Source of the DNA: Promethearchaeota archaeon
GTDB taxonomy: Archaea; Asgardarchaeota; Lokiarchaeia; Sigyniarchaeales; SOKP01
Direction: 5' to 3'
DNA length: 64,000 bases
NCBI GenBank assembly: GCA_016840085.1
Contig: JAEOTA010000019.1
Coordinates: forward strand, 9,366 to 73,365
The position numbers and the translations under genes were made by a program. This document shows positions 1 to 10,184 of this stretch, piece by piece (the stretch's first letter is position 1; each line of letters opens with the position of its first letter). The notes under the pieces are model-generated. The model was not told the DNA's origin. It made no database searches and saw only the letters and a program-made list of their open reading frames with translations.

Positions 1-163
1 TTAGTCTCTTTAAATTTCTCTATGTTGCTCAATTATTACTAATATGTTAATGTTAATGAGCTTTTATATATAATATAAAAAAATTATGTGAGTTCTACTT
101 TTTCTTTTCTTTATAATTCCTACGGATTGAATATATTTTTCTTTTTTTAAAAGTATTTTATTT

Positions 164-535
164 TTAATCCCCTATTGGCTTTACAGTACTTTTTTCCATT
201 ATTAAGATTGATGTACGAGTAGGAGCTCTTGTACGATGCATTACACCTTTTGGTACAGTAAAACCTTGATTGGGTCTCAATTCAATTAATTTATCTTCCA
301 GATCAATTAAAAGTAATCCTTCAATAACGAAGAAGAATTCATCTTCTTTTTCATGTTTATGCCAGTGAAATTCTCCTTCAATAACTCCTAACCTAACGAC
401 AGAATCATTTACTTGGCAAAGAGATAAATTTTGCCATTTTTTAGTGCAATTTTCTATTACTCTTGGAATATCAATAACTTCCAATGGTTTATATTTTATT
501 TCAGGATCAATTGAGTATTTATTATAGTCATTCAT
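164..535 (-). CDS. Cupin domain protein
   Basis: GEFHWHKHEKEDEFFFVIEG and VPKGVMHRT cupin motifs. Confidence 0.9.
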   Translation of the reverse strand: MNDYNKYSIDPEIKYKPLEVIDIPRVIENCTKKWQNLSLCQVNDSVVRLGVIEGEFHWHKHEKEDEFFFVIEGLLLIDLEDKLIELRPNQGFTVPKGVMHRTRAPTRTSILIMEKSTVKPIGD

Positions 536-546
536 TTTTTTTTAAC

Positions 547-1064
547 CTATATGTCTGTAACTTTCGATATATCTAATGAAAACATGACCCTACGCCGATA
601 CGGCTCAGATTTACTTAGTTCTCGACAAGCTCTTGCTGCTAGTGCCTTTATTTTTGTTGTTCGCTTTTTATAATCATCGTCCGAAAGCTCAATAAATTTT
701 AAACAATCATAAAAACAGAAATTCACGCATGCTGGTGACCCATCACATAAATCACACTTATTAATCATTTGTTCTTTGATATATTCAATTGTTCCAAATG
801 GACAAGCAACAATGCATTGATTGCATCCAATACACTTATCTTTATTCACAGCAATTAATGGGTCTCCTTGAGGCGTTTTAGTCTTATAAATAGCCCCAAC
901 TGAGCATGCTCTCATACACATTGGATCTTCGCATTGTAAACAAACAACAGGTCTCGACCATCCTTCCAGTCCATTGGAAACTACCCGAATACGCGAATGT
1001 GAAAGAATAAACTCTCCCTCTCTGGTACTAGAGCACCCTTAACTACTAAGACTTTTTTGCTCAT
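547..1064 (-). pseudogene. 4Fe-4S dicluster (DmsB/HycB-like) partner of AOR, frameshifted by an apparent 5' deletion
   Basis: ATG at 1064 gives MSKKVLVVKG; a shifted frame continues CSSTREGEF...VVCLQCEDPMCMRAC into ORF 547..921 (CIGCNQCIVACPFG, KCDLC). The first CxxCxxC is absent. Confidence 0.7.
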
Positions 1065-1078
1065 AGCCTTTTCTTATC

Positions 1079-1360
1079 TCATCCTCCTGTAATGTAAGCA
1101 GTTATAATTATTTCATCCTTATCTTTTAAAAGAGCTTTAAACTTATCTGGCAGTGTGCTTGCATTGCGCCCATTAATCAAAACTGATATTTCTTTTTTAA
1201 TTTTTCCGTTATTGAACAATTCTTCCATTAAAACCTTACCATATTTACTTACTAGCGTATCTAAAACTCCTTGAATAGTGAACTCACGCCCCTCGATGAC
1301 TACTTGCCCGTGTGGTAAGCTTTTAGCTAAGGCTCCAACCGCTGTAATTTTAATTTTCAT
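1079..1360 (-). CDS. moaD: MoaD/ThiS family ubiquitin-like sulfur carrier (SAMP-like)
   Basis: 93 aa, VLINGRN motif, C-terminal GG, lies downstream of AOR. Confidence 0.85.
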   Translation of the reverse strand: MKIKITAVGALAKSLPHGQVVIEGREFTIQGVLDTLVSKYGKVLMEELFNNGKIKKEISVLINGRNASTLPDKFKALLKDKDEIIITAYITGG

Positions 1361-1416
1361 AATAAACGTATTTTTTTAATTATAATTTTTCTTCTAACTA
1401 ACAGTAATAATATGTT

Positions 1417-3234
1417 CTAAATCTCGATACTCGGTTCAATGTTATATTTATATTTGGTAATTGTCTCTTGAGTTGGCACTCCTTCACTGTCCCACCCACG
1501 GCATAAATAATAATTTGATCGCATTTTAAAAAAATTCTCCATTCCAATAACTTTGCCTGCTCCCGGGCCATCAGGAAGATTTTGTTCCAAAGTGCGTTTA
1601 GGTAGAATGTCATCTTTGGAACTAAAACCCTCTCGAATATTAATACGCCTGATAAGCGTTTCAATGATTTCAGTACTCCTATTGAGATCATCTCCTGTAT
1701 AACTTGAGCCAACAACAACATTTAAGTACTGAGCCCAATCTTCCATTCCTAAGCGAATTATTGACCCTGGCATATCACAAACTATAAGTGAATGCATTAT
1801 ACATCTATGATTCATCAAATTTATTACTCTTTCTGCTTTTCCTTCGATACTAAAAGGATTTAAACCCCCTAAAACTTCTACCGATGGAGGCCACGCTCTT
1901 CGATGACAAGCTCCCCTTGGTGTAACAGAATAAGTAATGGCTGAACCCCACCCCGCTCGGGGATCATAAGCAGGGAATTCAAGTCCTTTAGAATGCATAG
2001 CGAAATCTTCTGTATTTTGTCCAAGTACTCTTGCCATCTCTTTTACACCTTGAGCACAAAAAGCTCCAAAATCTCTTCTATAAGCCATAAGCTCCAATAA
2101 TTCAATCACAGCTCCATAATTGCCGAATTTGAGTTCTAATCCTCCAGTGTTTTCTTGAGTTAAAATACCTCGTTCATAGCACTCCATTGCAAAACCTATA
2201 GCTACACCTGCAGAAATGGTATCCATACCTAAATCATCACAAAGATAGTTTGCCTTCATTATTGCCGGTAAATAATTAATTTCCAAATTAGCCCCTAGCA
2301 TAGCAAGCGTCTCATATTCTGGTCCTTCCAATAATAAATCTTTAAATATACCCTCCTTAACTTGCGTTATATTTGCACAACCAGCAAAACATGCGTAACA
2401 AGCCCGATCCGCTATTTTTACATCTATAACAGCATCTTTATCGATAGTACCGATACCCTTTTTAAATTGACCTTGAGTAAAATTTCGAGTTGGAAGCATG
2501 CCCGCAGCATTAGTAAGAGTTAATGTCATTGGAGTCATGTGTCTTTGTCTAATTCGTTTTTGATGATTAAGAACAAGATGATGAAGAGCCCTCATATTGG
2601 CACAGCTAATCCCACTAGTGCCTTTAACCGCAATAGATTTAAGATTCTTAGAGCCCATCACAGCACCAGCACCTCCACGACCTGCTTTTCTAAAATAATC
2701 ACTTCCTACGCATGCAAATGGGAGGAGATTCTCTCCAGCTGGCCCAATAGATAGAGCACCACATTCTGGATTGAAATTCTCCCTAATAAATGTCTCCGTC
2801 TCAAAAGAGCCTTTACCCCATAAATGCCTAGCATCTGAAAATTCCACTTTATCCTCATTAATAAACACGTTAATAGGATATCTAGCCTTATGAGTAATAA
2901 TAAGACCATCATATCCCGCAAATTTCAGTTCTGAAGCTATTTTCCCACTAGAATAAGAATCTAACCACCCACCAGTTGCAGGGGATTTAGTAACTATAAG
3001 ATGTTTTCCTGCACCAGGTGCCATTGTGCCACTCAATGGACCAGTAAGAATCATAAAAATATTGTCTTGTCCAAGTGGATCTGCTCCTGGTGGAATGAGA
3101 TCCCAATAAAGTTTTGCTCCAAGACCACGACCACCAATATACTTCTTCAATATTTCTTTTGGAATATTTACTGTCTTATAGGATTCTTTAGAAAGATCTA
3201 TATGTAAAAGTTTACCTTTATATCCATTAAGCAT
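1417..3234 (-). CDS. aor: Tungsten-dependent aldehyde:ferredoxin oxidoreductase
   Basis: YIGGRGLG, KSPATG, GRGGAGAVMGSKNLK, EGPEYET, DDLGMDTIS, RGACH, RGWD motifs. Confidence 0.95.
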   Translation of the reverse strand: MLNGYKGKLLHIDLSKESYKTVNIPKEILKKYIGGRGLGAKLYWDLIPPGADPLGQDNIFMILTGPLSGTMAPGAGKHLIVTKSPATGGWLDSYSSGKIASELKFAGYDGLIITHKARYPINVFINEDKVEFSDARHLWGKGSFETETFIRENFNPECGALSIGPAGENLLPFACVGSDYFRKAGRGGAGAVMGSKNLKSIAVKGTSGISCANMRALHHLVLNHQKRIRQRHMTPMTLTLTNAAGMLPTRNFTQGQFKKGIGTIDKDAVIDVKIADRACYACFAGCANITQVKEGIFKDLLLEGPEYETLAMLGANLEINYLPAIMKANYLCDDLGMDTISAGVAIGFAMECYERGILTQENTGGLELKFGNYGAVIELLELMAYRRDFGAFCAQGVKEMARVLGQNTEDFAMHSKGLEFPAYDPRAGWGSAITYSVTPRGACHRRAWPPSVEVLGGLNPFSIEGKAERVINLMNHRCIMHSLIVCDMPGSIIRLGMEDWAQYLNVVVGSSYTGDDLNRSTEIIETLIRRINIREGFSSKDDILPKRTLEQNLPDGPGAGKVIGMENFFKMRSNYYLCRGWDSEGVPTQETITKYKYNIEPSIEI

Positions 3235-3380
3235 TTGTATCGGAAAAATTTTCTTTTAAATTATAATTTTTTCTTACTTTTATAAATAAATATTATTTTA
3301 TATTTTATCAGAATTTATTCATTCTAATAAATAAACAAATAAATAAACAAGATAAAAAATAAAAAATCGTGAAATAAATA

Positions 3381-4238
3381 TTGAAACATATTGAGGGAGA
3401 ATTTATAGGAGTAAAAGGGTTGAAAATTTATTATCAAGCATGGATTCCAGATACTCCTAAAGCGGTTATTCAACTTGTTCATGGAGGATTTGAACACTCT
3501 GGAAGATATCAATCTGTTGTAAATGAATTAGTTCCCGAAGGATATGCAATTTATGCAGATGATCATCGCGGTCACGGAAAATCTGAAGGATTAAGAAATT
3601 ATGTCGATTCCTTTGAACAATATATAGAAGATGAAAGATTACTATACCAAATTATAAAGGAACACTATCCATATTTACCAATATTTATGTTGGGTCATTC
3701 TCTTGGCTCATTTATCGCTATTTATTTCACAAAGAAATATGAGAATCTCTTACATGGTCTTATCCTTTCGGGAACGGGAACAAAACCAGGTAGAGAGACT
3801 AGCCGATTTTTAAAACTAATAGCAAAAGGTTTCTCAAAAATCGCTCCTAAAATGAATTTCAATCCAAGACTTAATGCTAAATTTTTAAGCCACGACCCAG
3901 AAGTAGTAAAGCTGTATGAGAACGATCCTTTCGTGAATGCCGATAAAATTTCGGCAAGATTAAGCTATGAAATGGTAAAAAATTTCAAACATTTTAAGAC
4001 ATTTATCGGAAATTTTAAAGTTAATTTGTTAATTCAGTGCGGTTCAGACGATAAATTAATTAAAGGAAGCAAAGAACTTGACGATTTGTTTAAAATGGAT
4101 GATAAAACCATTAAAATCTATGAAGGGTTATACCATGAAGTATATAATGAAATCGAATATAATAGAAAAGTAGTATTAAAAGATCTTCGTGATTGGTTAA
4201 ACAACCGCCTATTCATATCTAAATCGATGAAAAAGTGA
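3381..4238 (+). CDS. Alpha/beta hydrolase (lysophospholipase / monoacylglycerol lipase family)
   Basis: VHGGFEHSGRY, DHRGHGKS, GHSLG, YHEVYNE. Confidence 0.92.
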   Translation: MKHIEGEFIGVKGLKIYYQAWIPDTPKAVIQLVHGGFEHSGRYQSVVNELVPEGYAIYADDHRGHGKSEGLRNYVDSFEQYIEDERLLYQIIKEHYPYLPIFMLGHSLGSFIAIYFTKKYENLLHGLILSGTGTKPGRETSRFLKLIAKGFSKIAPKMNFNPRLNAKFLSHDPEVVKLYENDPFVNADKISARLSYEMVKNFKHFKTFIGNFKVNLLIQCGSDDKLIKGSKELDDLFKMDDKTIKIYEGLYHEVYNEIEYNRKVVLKDLRDWLNNRLFISKSMKK

Positions 4239-5138
4239 GAGTGCATTTTCACGCTCAATAGCAATACAATCTTCTTTATCAAGGTCTTCATAGTCTCCAA
4301 TCCCTTGAAGCATTTCCTTTACTACTCTTTCGTGAACAAAGGGAAAATCACTACCAAAAAGCAATTTTGAAGGATTCACTACTTCCATAAGAGTTTTAAA
4401 CACATAAGGGGTTGCTGATATTGCCATATCATAATAGAAATTATTTAGATATTTTATTAGCCTCTTATTTCCAAAGGTAATCCTCCATGCTAAATAAGGA
4501 GCAGTCCCTCCAGCATGCGCTAAAATAAACCGAATATCAGAATAGCGTTTAAGAATTCCATGATGCATTAGATTTGCAACTGTACGAGTTGTATCAAAAA
4601 CAAATTCTAAAACAGAGGTAGGAAAACTGAGCTGGGGGAGATTCTCTTCAGGAGGTGCATTAGGATGAATAAATACCACTGTCCTTCGACGATTAAGTTC
4701 TGAAAAAAGTTCTTCAAATTCGGGGTCTCCTAAATATTTTCCATTTATGTTTGAAAGTAGCACAACACCATCCAATTCCAATGTATCTAATGCATACTCT
4801 AATTCAATTAATGATGCTTCAATATCGGGTAAAGGTAATGTAGCAAATCCACCAAAACGTTGAGGATACTTGTTAATTAAATTAGCTGAAAAATCATTAC
4901 ATATTCGGGCTAAATCTCGTGTAAATACACAATCTCCAAAATAAACTCCAGGAGAAGAAATTGAGGTTATAGCAGTCGCGATACCTTGGCGATCCATTAC
5001 CTCTAAACTATCTCTTGGCTCCCATGTGGGGAAACCTACATTCCCTGCAGTAGTAATATTAACTTTAGCTAGAAATTTAAGATACTCTGGAGGTAAAACA
5101 TGATGATGAATATCGATTCTATGAGCTTTTTTCTCCAT
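4209..5138 (-). CDS. Amidohydrolase_2 family (ACMSD-like decarboxylase)
   Basis: IDIHHH, FIHP, AHAGG, LFGSDFPF. Confidence 0.9.
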   Translation of the reverse strand: MEKKAHRIDIHHHVLPPEYLKFLAKVNITTAGNVGFPTWEPRDSLEVMDRQGIATAITSISSPGVYFGDCVFTRDLARICNDFSANLINKYPQRFGGFATLPLPDIEASLIELEYALDTLELDGVVLLSNINGKYLGDPEFEELFSELNRRRTVVFIHPNAPPEENLPQLSFPTSVLEFVFDTTRTVANLMHHGILKRYSDIRFILAHAGGTAPYLAWRITFGNKRLIKYLNNFYYDMAISATPYVFKTLMEVVNPSKLLFGSDFPFVHERVVKEMLQGIGDYEDLDKEDCIAIERENALSLFHRFRYE

Positions 5139-5148
5139 AGTATTAACT

Positions 5149-5379
5149 TTATTTATTATATTTTTCTCTCAAATAATCTTCAGAGTTTAAAAATATCTCA
5201 CAATCACAAAATCCTCCAGAACTTCTGCAATCTTCTAAAAACTCTTCTTGATCCTTTCTAGGTATATTCATTTCTTCTAATATAATCTCTGCATTGGTTA
5301 AATCGCGACCATTACATCCATTGACTTCTAATAATTCCTCTAATCGATTAAAGAATTTTTCCAGATCTTGTTTATTCAT
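5149..5379 (-). CDS. Small Cys-containing protein, DUF2695-like
   Basis: C-terminal GGFCDCEI motif. Confidence 0.7.
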   Translation of the reverse strand: MNKQDLEKFFNRLEELLEVNGCNGRDLTNAEIILEEMNIPRKDQEEFLEDCRSSGGFCDCEIFLNSEDYLREKYNK

Positions 5380-5473
5380 ATTTCTTTTACCTAGTTCAAT
5401 TTTATTAAGTGTTTTTTTAGATTAATATCTTTAATTAATAAATCTTAACATCATTTTTCCCCCATAGGTTCAT

Positions 5474-6145
5474 TTATTTCTTAAGAATAATTTTCATCCA
5501 CCCATCTGTTAATATCATTTGGAAGTGTTTCTGGAATTTTGATCGTTCAAGAAGACTTTTAATTTTGGTATTGTATTCTTCCCACTTAAATCCGTGTAAT
5601 TTTTGGATTTGACTGACAATAGGGTATCGAAAACCACCATAAATTCTTTTTAATTTAAGTACTTCTTCATTAGGGGGGTTGTAACATCCATCATAAATCC
5701 ATGCTTCCCTATTCGGCTTCAAAACACGGTAACACTCATTGAAAACCTTAATTGGAGTTCCCCAGTGATGAAATGAACCTGTACTAACAATTAAATCAAC
5801 TGTATTGTCTCCAAAAGGAAAGTCTATAGCATTCGCTAATTTAAACTTTACATTGTTAAAACCACTCGCATTACCTGACGCAATCTCAACCATTTTGATA
5901 CTTAAATCAATCCCGAAAATTTTAAGTTCTGGCGCTCTCTTCGCTATTTCTATTGATAAGAATCCTGTCCCTGAACCTACATCTATTAAAATTCCGCTAT
6001 CTATTCTTTGAACAATATTTTGAGCAATTCTTACTTCTGGTTTGCTTAAAATTCTTTTTATAATAGCATTATAAACAATAGCACCTAAAGTGGGAATTGC
6101 TTCTAATTTTACTTGTATGTCTCTAATAAATTTAACTAAACACAT
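5474..6145 (-). CDS. Class I SAM-dependent methyltransferase
   Basis: IDVGSGTG, GIDLS, SFHHW, RVLKP. Confidence 0.9.
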   Translation of the reverse strand: MCLVKFIRDIQVKLEAIPTLGAIVYNAIIKRILSKPEVRIAQNIVQRIDSGILIDVGSGTGFLSIEIAKRAPELKIFGIDLSIKMVEIASGNASGFNNVKFKLANAIDFPFGDNTVDLIVSTGSFHHWGTPIKVFNECYRVLKPNREAWIYDGCYNPPNEEVLKLKRIYGGFRYPIVSQIQKLHGFKWEEYNTKIKSLLERSKFQKHFQMILTDGWMKIILKK

Positions 6146-6179
6146 TTGATAATATCACGCAATGATCAAAAAATTAAAA

Positions 6180-6356
6180 TCAAACTGTGATTATTTTAAA
6201 AACCCATCTTAATTTACATTGACGGGAACAGAAAAATCGTTTTGATGGTTGTTGACATATGTTGATATGGTGATTTCTCTTATTCCACTTATTATTCTTG
6301 ATGTTTTTTCCACAGAATTCGCAATCCGGCATTGTTCTTTTTTTATTTTTTTCCAT
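6180..6356 (-). CDS. Small TRASH/FCS-type zinc-finger protein (58 aa, absent from ORF track)
   Basis: Manual translation: MEKNKKRTMPDCEFCGKNIKNNKWNKRNHHINICQQPSKRFFCSRQCKLRWVFKIITV; CxxCG...FCSxxC pattern. Confidence 0.7.
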   Translation of the reverse strand: MEKNKKRTMPDCEFCGKNIKNNKWNKRNHHINICQQPSKRFFCSRQCKLRWVFKIITV

Positions 6357-6479
6357 TCTCCTTAAATTCCTCTATCACATGTAGTGTTGCGCTTAATTAC
6401 TCTATATTGTTCATAGAATAATGATCTCAAATGTTACTAATACGTTAATGTAAATAGCCTTTTGTATATAATATAAAAT

Positions 6480-6628
6480 ATGGAAAATCAATAAGCCGCA
6501 TTTATCGAAACTGTATAGCAAAGTCTGTCAGCTCTGTGAGAAATATGAAAAGGTTGAGTTTTTCCATATCGATAAAAGTAATCTATCCATGCTAAAATAG
6601 GTAATCAGCGATTAGATACTGAAAGATT
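6480..6628 (+). pseudogene. 3' fragment of an RNase HI paralogue
   Basis: Clear nucleotide similarity to 30750-30910 (tggaaaatcaat...cagctctgtgag..tatgaaaaggt.ga.tttttcca...gcgattagat). Confidence 0.75.
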
Positions 6629-6842
6629 AATCCTCAATTAATTTAGACATTTTTTGTTGAGGTCTATTATTCATATTAGTTTACTGATAAATCGAAATAA
6701 GTATTATGGTTATTTTTCTATAAGTAATTGAATATTAATCTAATATTTCACAATTTGCTAATGAAATTTATGTGAAAAATATATATATCAAATTGATTAA
6801 ACTATTTTTTGATAAAATAAAATTTATGATGAGATTATTCAA

Positions 6843-7307
6843 ATGAAGGATAAATTTCAATTAGTTGGGACAAAAATTCAAGAATTCAAATTACCTAATT
6901 CAAGAGGAGAAACCTTAAACATCAGAGACTTAGAGGGAAAAAATGTCGTAGTAGTCCTTTTCAGGGATATACATTGACCTTATTGTCGTTGGCATGCTGC
7001 AAAACTCCGAAGAGACTATGAAAAATTTCAAGAATCAAATACTTACTTGTATACAATATTAGCAGATAAAAAGAAAAATGCAATTAAAATGGAACAAAAA
7101 TATGCGCGCAAATATGCTGTGTTTTATGATAAATCAAAAAAAGTTCCCAAAATGCTTAAACAACAAGTTAAAATAACTAAACTTGGAAGAATGCCAGGAT
7201 TATTGGTCATTGATAAGCAAGGAATCATTCAATATGCATATTATGGAGATAACATGCATGATATTCCCACAAATGAAGAGATTTTCGAAGTATTAAAAAA
7301 GATATAA
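6843..7307 (+). CDS. AhpC/TSA peroxiredoxin-like protein with in-frame TGA (probable selenocysteine, UxxC)
   Basis: ATG 6843 gives MKDKFQLVGTKIQEFKLPNSRGETLNIRDLEGKNVVVVLFRDIH-TGA(6975-6977)-PYCRWH..., in frame with ORF 7047..7307 (PGLLVIDKQGIIQYAYYG...IP); 154 aa in total. Confidence 0.88.
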
Positions 7308-7437
7308 TAATATTGATTTGGTAGGAATAAAGTAGAAAACAAAAATGATGCTTTTTTCCTAAAAGTTAGCCAAACTTTTCCAAATCTTTTTTGATTTGAA
7401 GAAACAATTAATTAAACTATAAATTTATTAATTTGAT

Positions 7438-8073
7438 TTAAAAACTCAAATTTCTAAAGATATAGGTGCTAGCTGTTTTTGTATAACCTATACCCCGTTG
7501 AATTTTCTCTAAATAACTCTTAGTAACTTTTAAATCTGATTTTTTAGGGATGAAATATTTGTCTAAATTCTTTTCAGTTAATCGATAGTGCCGATTACTT
7601 CGATAAATAACCCCTATAAATTCATAATATTCATCTAGGTATGCCATACTTGCATCACCATGGTTATTGTTTGCTAAAAGGATTCCACCTTTCTTAAGGT
7701 ATTTTTTACAGCTTTGCGAGATAAAACCACCATATTGGGAAATTAGCAAATCAAAATCTTTAAAAGTTTCTCCAATATTAGAATTATAATCTTTATGGTG
7801 GAATCTGATAACTGGTTGCTTCTTATATGTTCGATTTTTATAAATAAATTCAAAAATGCTTTTGTCCCTAAAGAAATCTTTTACTTTTTTATAAGTATCG
7901 ATATACACAGTTATAGGAATATATAATGACGGTGCTATATGTATATAACTTCCAGGATAAATAGCACTCTGTATTTCATACTTATTAACTAAAAGCTCAA
8001 ATATTTCCCTTCTATCACCATTAGAAAAATGTTGTGTATACTCCTGAACCGCCTTTCCCTTTAATGGTATCAC
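7438..8073 (-). CDS. Conserved hypothetical protein, methyltransferase-like fold
   Basis: YPGSYIHIAPS, FDLLISQYGGFIS, YLKKGGILLANN. Confidence 0.6.
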   Translation of the reverse strand: MIPLKGKAVQEYTQHFSNGDRREIFELLVNKYEIQSAIYPGSYIHIAPSLYIPITVYIDTYKKVKDFFRDKSIFEFIYKNRTYKKQPVIRFHHKDYNSNIGETFKDFDLLISQYGGFISQSCKKYLKKGGILLANNNHGDASMAYLDEYYEFIGVIYRSNRHYRLTEKNLDKYFIPKKSDLKVTKSYLEKIQRGIGYTKTASTYIFRNLSF

Positions 8074-8096
8074 CCTGAAAAAGTTTAGAGAAAAAT

Positions 8097-8486
8097 TTAT
8101 TCTTTCTTAAAATCGAGAGAAATCGAATTAATACAATATCGACAACCCTTATTCTTCGGTACATCATCAAATACATGTCCCAAATGCCCTCCACAATTTT
8201 TACAGAGGACCTCTGTGCGCTTCATTCCATAACTTCTATCTGGTTTTTCTTCTATATTAGCCTCATCATAGGGTTCATAAAAACTTGGCCATCCAGTTCC
8301 CGAATCAAACTTTTTATCAGAAGAGAAAACAGGCGCACCACAAGCAGCACAATAATAAATCCCCTTTTCATGATTATTCCAATGTTTTCCTGTAAATGCA
8401 GGCTCAGTTCCTTTTTCTCGGAGAACGTGATATTGCTCTTTTGTTAATTTATTTTTCCACTTATCCTCAGATGATTTAGACTTCAT
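8097..8486 (-). CDS. msrB: Peptide-methionine (R)-S-oxide reductase
   Basis: [36 protein letters not shown]. Confidence 0.97.
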   Translation of the reverse strand: MKSKSSEDKWKNKLTKEQYHVLREKGTEPAFTGKHWNNHEKGIYYCAACGAPVFSSDKKFDSGTGWPSFYEPYDEANIEEKPDRSYGMKRTEVLCKNCGGHLGHVFDDVPKNKGCRYCINSISLDFKKE

Positions 8487-8638
8487 AGAGTTAAAAAGGA
8501 ATTTCTGATATTATAATTATTTCCTTATAAATCCTAAAACTATTACGGTTTTCTACTTATAGAAAAAATCTACTATTCATCTCAAATTTATATAAAATTA
8601 GACGTACATTTATTTCACGGAATCTTTGTGTAATAAGT

Positions 8639-9118
8639 ATGGAGACTCAAAAAGCAATTTTTGCAGCAGGTTGTTTCTGGGGTGTAGAGGCTAATTTTCG
8701 AAAAGTAAAAGGAGTTATATCTACTCGTGTGGGATATACTGGTGGGGACTTTACCAATCCGACCTATAAAAATGTATGTTCTCATAAAACGGGTCATGCA
8801 GAAGCGGTTGAAGTTACGTATGATCCTACTAAAATCACATATGATGAACTTTTAGATGTATTTTGGTCAATTCATGACCCGACGACTTTAAATCGGCAAG
8901 GTCCTGATGTTGGTACACAGTATCGATCCGCGATTTTCTATCTGAACTCAGAACAAAAGGAAAAAGCCATGAACTCTAAAGCTAAGCTTGAGGCATACAA
9001 ACGGTTTAAAAGAACAATAGTTACACAAATACTCCCGGCATCAGAATTTTGGAAAGCAGAGGAGTATCACCAACAATATTTAGATAAAAGACAAAAACGA
9101 TTTATTACCAATTTTTAA
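8639..9118 (+). CDS. msrA: Peptide-methionine (S)-S-oxide reductase
   Basis: [30 protein letters not shown]. Confidence 0.97.
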   Translation: METQKAIFAAGCFWGVEANFRKVKGVISTRVGYTGGDFTNPTYKNVCSHKTGHAEAVEVTYDPTKITYDELLDVFWSIHDPTTLNRQGPDVGTQYRSAIFYLNSEQKEKAMNSKAKLEAYKRFKRTIVTQILPASEFWKAEEYHQQYLDKRQKRFITNF

Positions 9119-9259
9119 GAAATTTAAAATTTTCCAAAATTAATAAATACTAATTCTTGATCTTTAAAGCATTTTGGTAAAAATGTAAATACTTTTATTT
9201 AATGTTCCCTATTTAATTTTACTATAAATTTAAAAAAAACTATTAAGGGAGCAAATAAA

Positions 9260-9892
9260 ATGACATTAGATTTTGAATTTCAATTCTTAACTTATGGAAT
9301 ATTGAATTGGATTGCTTTTATCTTATTAGTTTCATCTTTTGTTTTTCTTGTCTTAGGGAGTCTTGATCAAAAAAAAGACCTTAAAGAATTGTCAAAGTTG
9401 TTAGTTTTTCTTGGAATTGTATTATTAATCTGGGAAATAATTAGCCTTTTAATCCCAAATGTTGTTGGCGATTCACCAACATCATCAGAAACGACAACAG
9501 GATTCATCTATGATTTGCTTCTCTTTATTTTAGTTCCTAATCTACTTCACATAATTCTTGGAATCCTTTTCATTCTATTTGGAGTTAAAAATATCACTCC
9601 AACTGGTCAGATTATCTCATTAGCAGGATTATTTTATTTTATTGCAATGTTCGAGAGTTTTTTTATTGGAACTATTAGTACATATTCTGGATGGTATGAT
9701 CCAACCTTCATTGATTCATTACAAAGTATTTTAAAACTAATGGAATGGATAATGTACATCTCTTATCTTTTTGCAGCATTATTAGTTATAATCTATTCTG
9801 CTAAACTAAAATCGAAATTTCTTCTTATATATGGATTATTTACCCTTGCTGTAGGGACGCTTGAACTTTTAAGCTTTCTTGAAATAATTTAA
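9260..9892 (+). CDS. Hypothetical integral membrane protein (about 6 TM)
   Basis: Several long hydrophobic stretches; upstream GGGAG. Confidence 0.7.
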   Translation: MTLDFEFQFLTYGILNWIAFILLVSSFVFLVLGSLDQKKDLKELSKLLVFLGIVLLIWEIISLLIPNVVGDSPTSSETTTGFIYDLLLFILVPNLLHIILGILFILFGVKNITPTGQIISLAGLFYFIAMFESFFIGTISTYSGWYDPTFIDSLQSILKLMEWIMYISYLFAALLVIIYSAKLKSKFLLIYGLFTLAVGTLELLSFLEII

Positions 9893-10057
9893 ATATTACA
9901 ATTCCTATTTTTTTCTATTCTAACAAGATTAAAGTGTAGTTTATTTATCAAAATCGAAAATCTTAACATTCTTTTTAGTAACTAATTCCCAATTCGAACC
10001 ACAATTCGCTGAAAGATAATAATCAATGGAGTTGCTCGAAGGAATGGATTGCTTAGC

Positions 10058-10150
10058 CAAATTTTTCCAGCTTCAGACTTTTGACAAGCAGAAGAATATC
10101 ACCAACAATATATAGAAAAAAGAGAAAAACACTTTGTGGTCCAACGCTAA
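10058..10150 (+). pseudogene. 3' fragment of an msrA paralogue
   Basis: Reads [23 protein letters not shown]; matches the msrA end ([23 protein letters not shown]) with W changed to TGA. Confidence 0.8.
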
Positions 10151-10184
10151 ATTGCTTCTGAAATAATAATTTTGATATAATAAT

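Noticed and set aside
10082-10086. TGA in the msrA fragment as Sec or Trp recoding
   Set aside because: It replaces a Trp codon in a start-less fragment, and TGA is used as a normal stop in many genes here.
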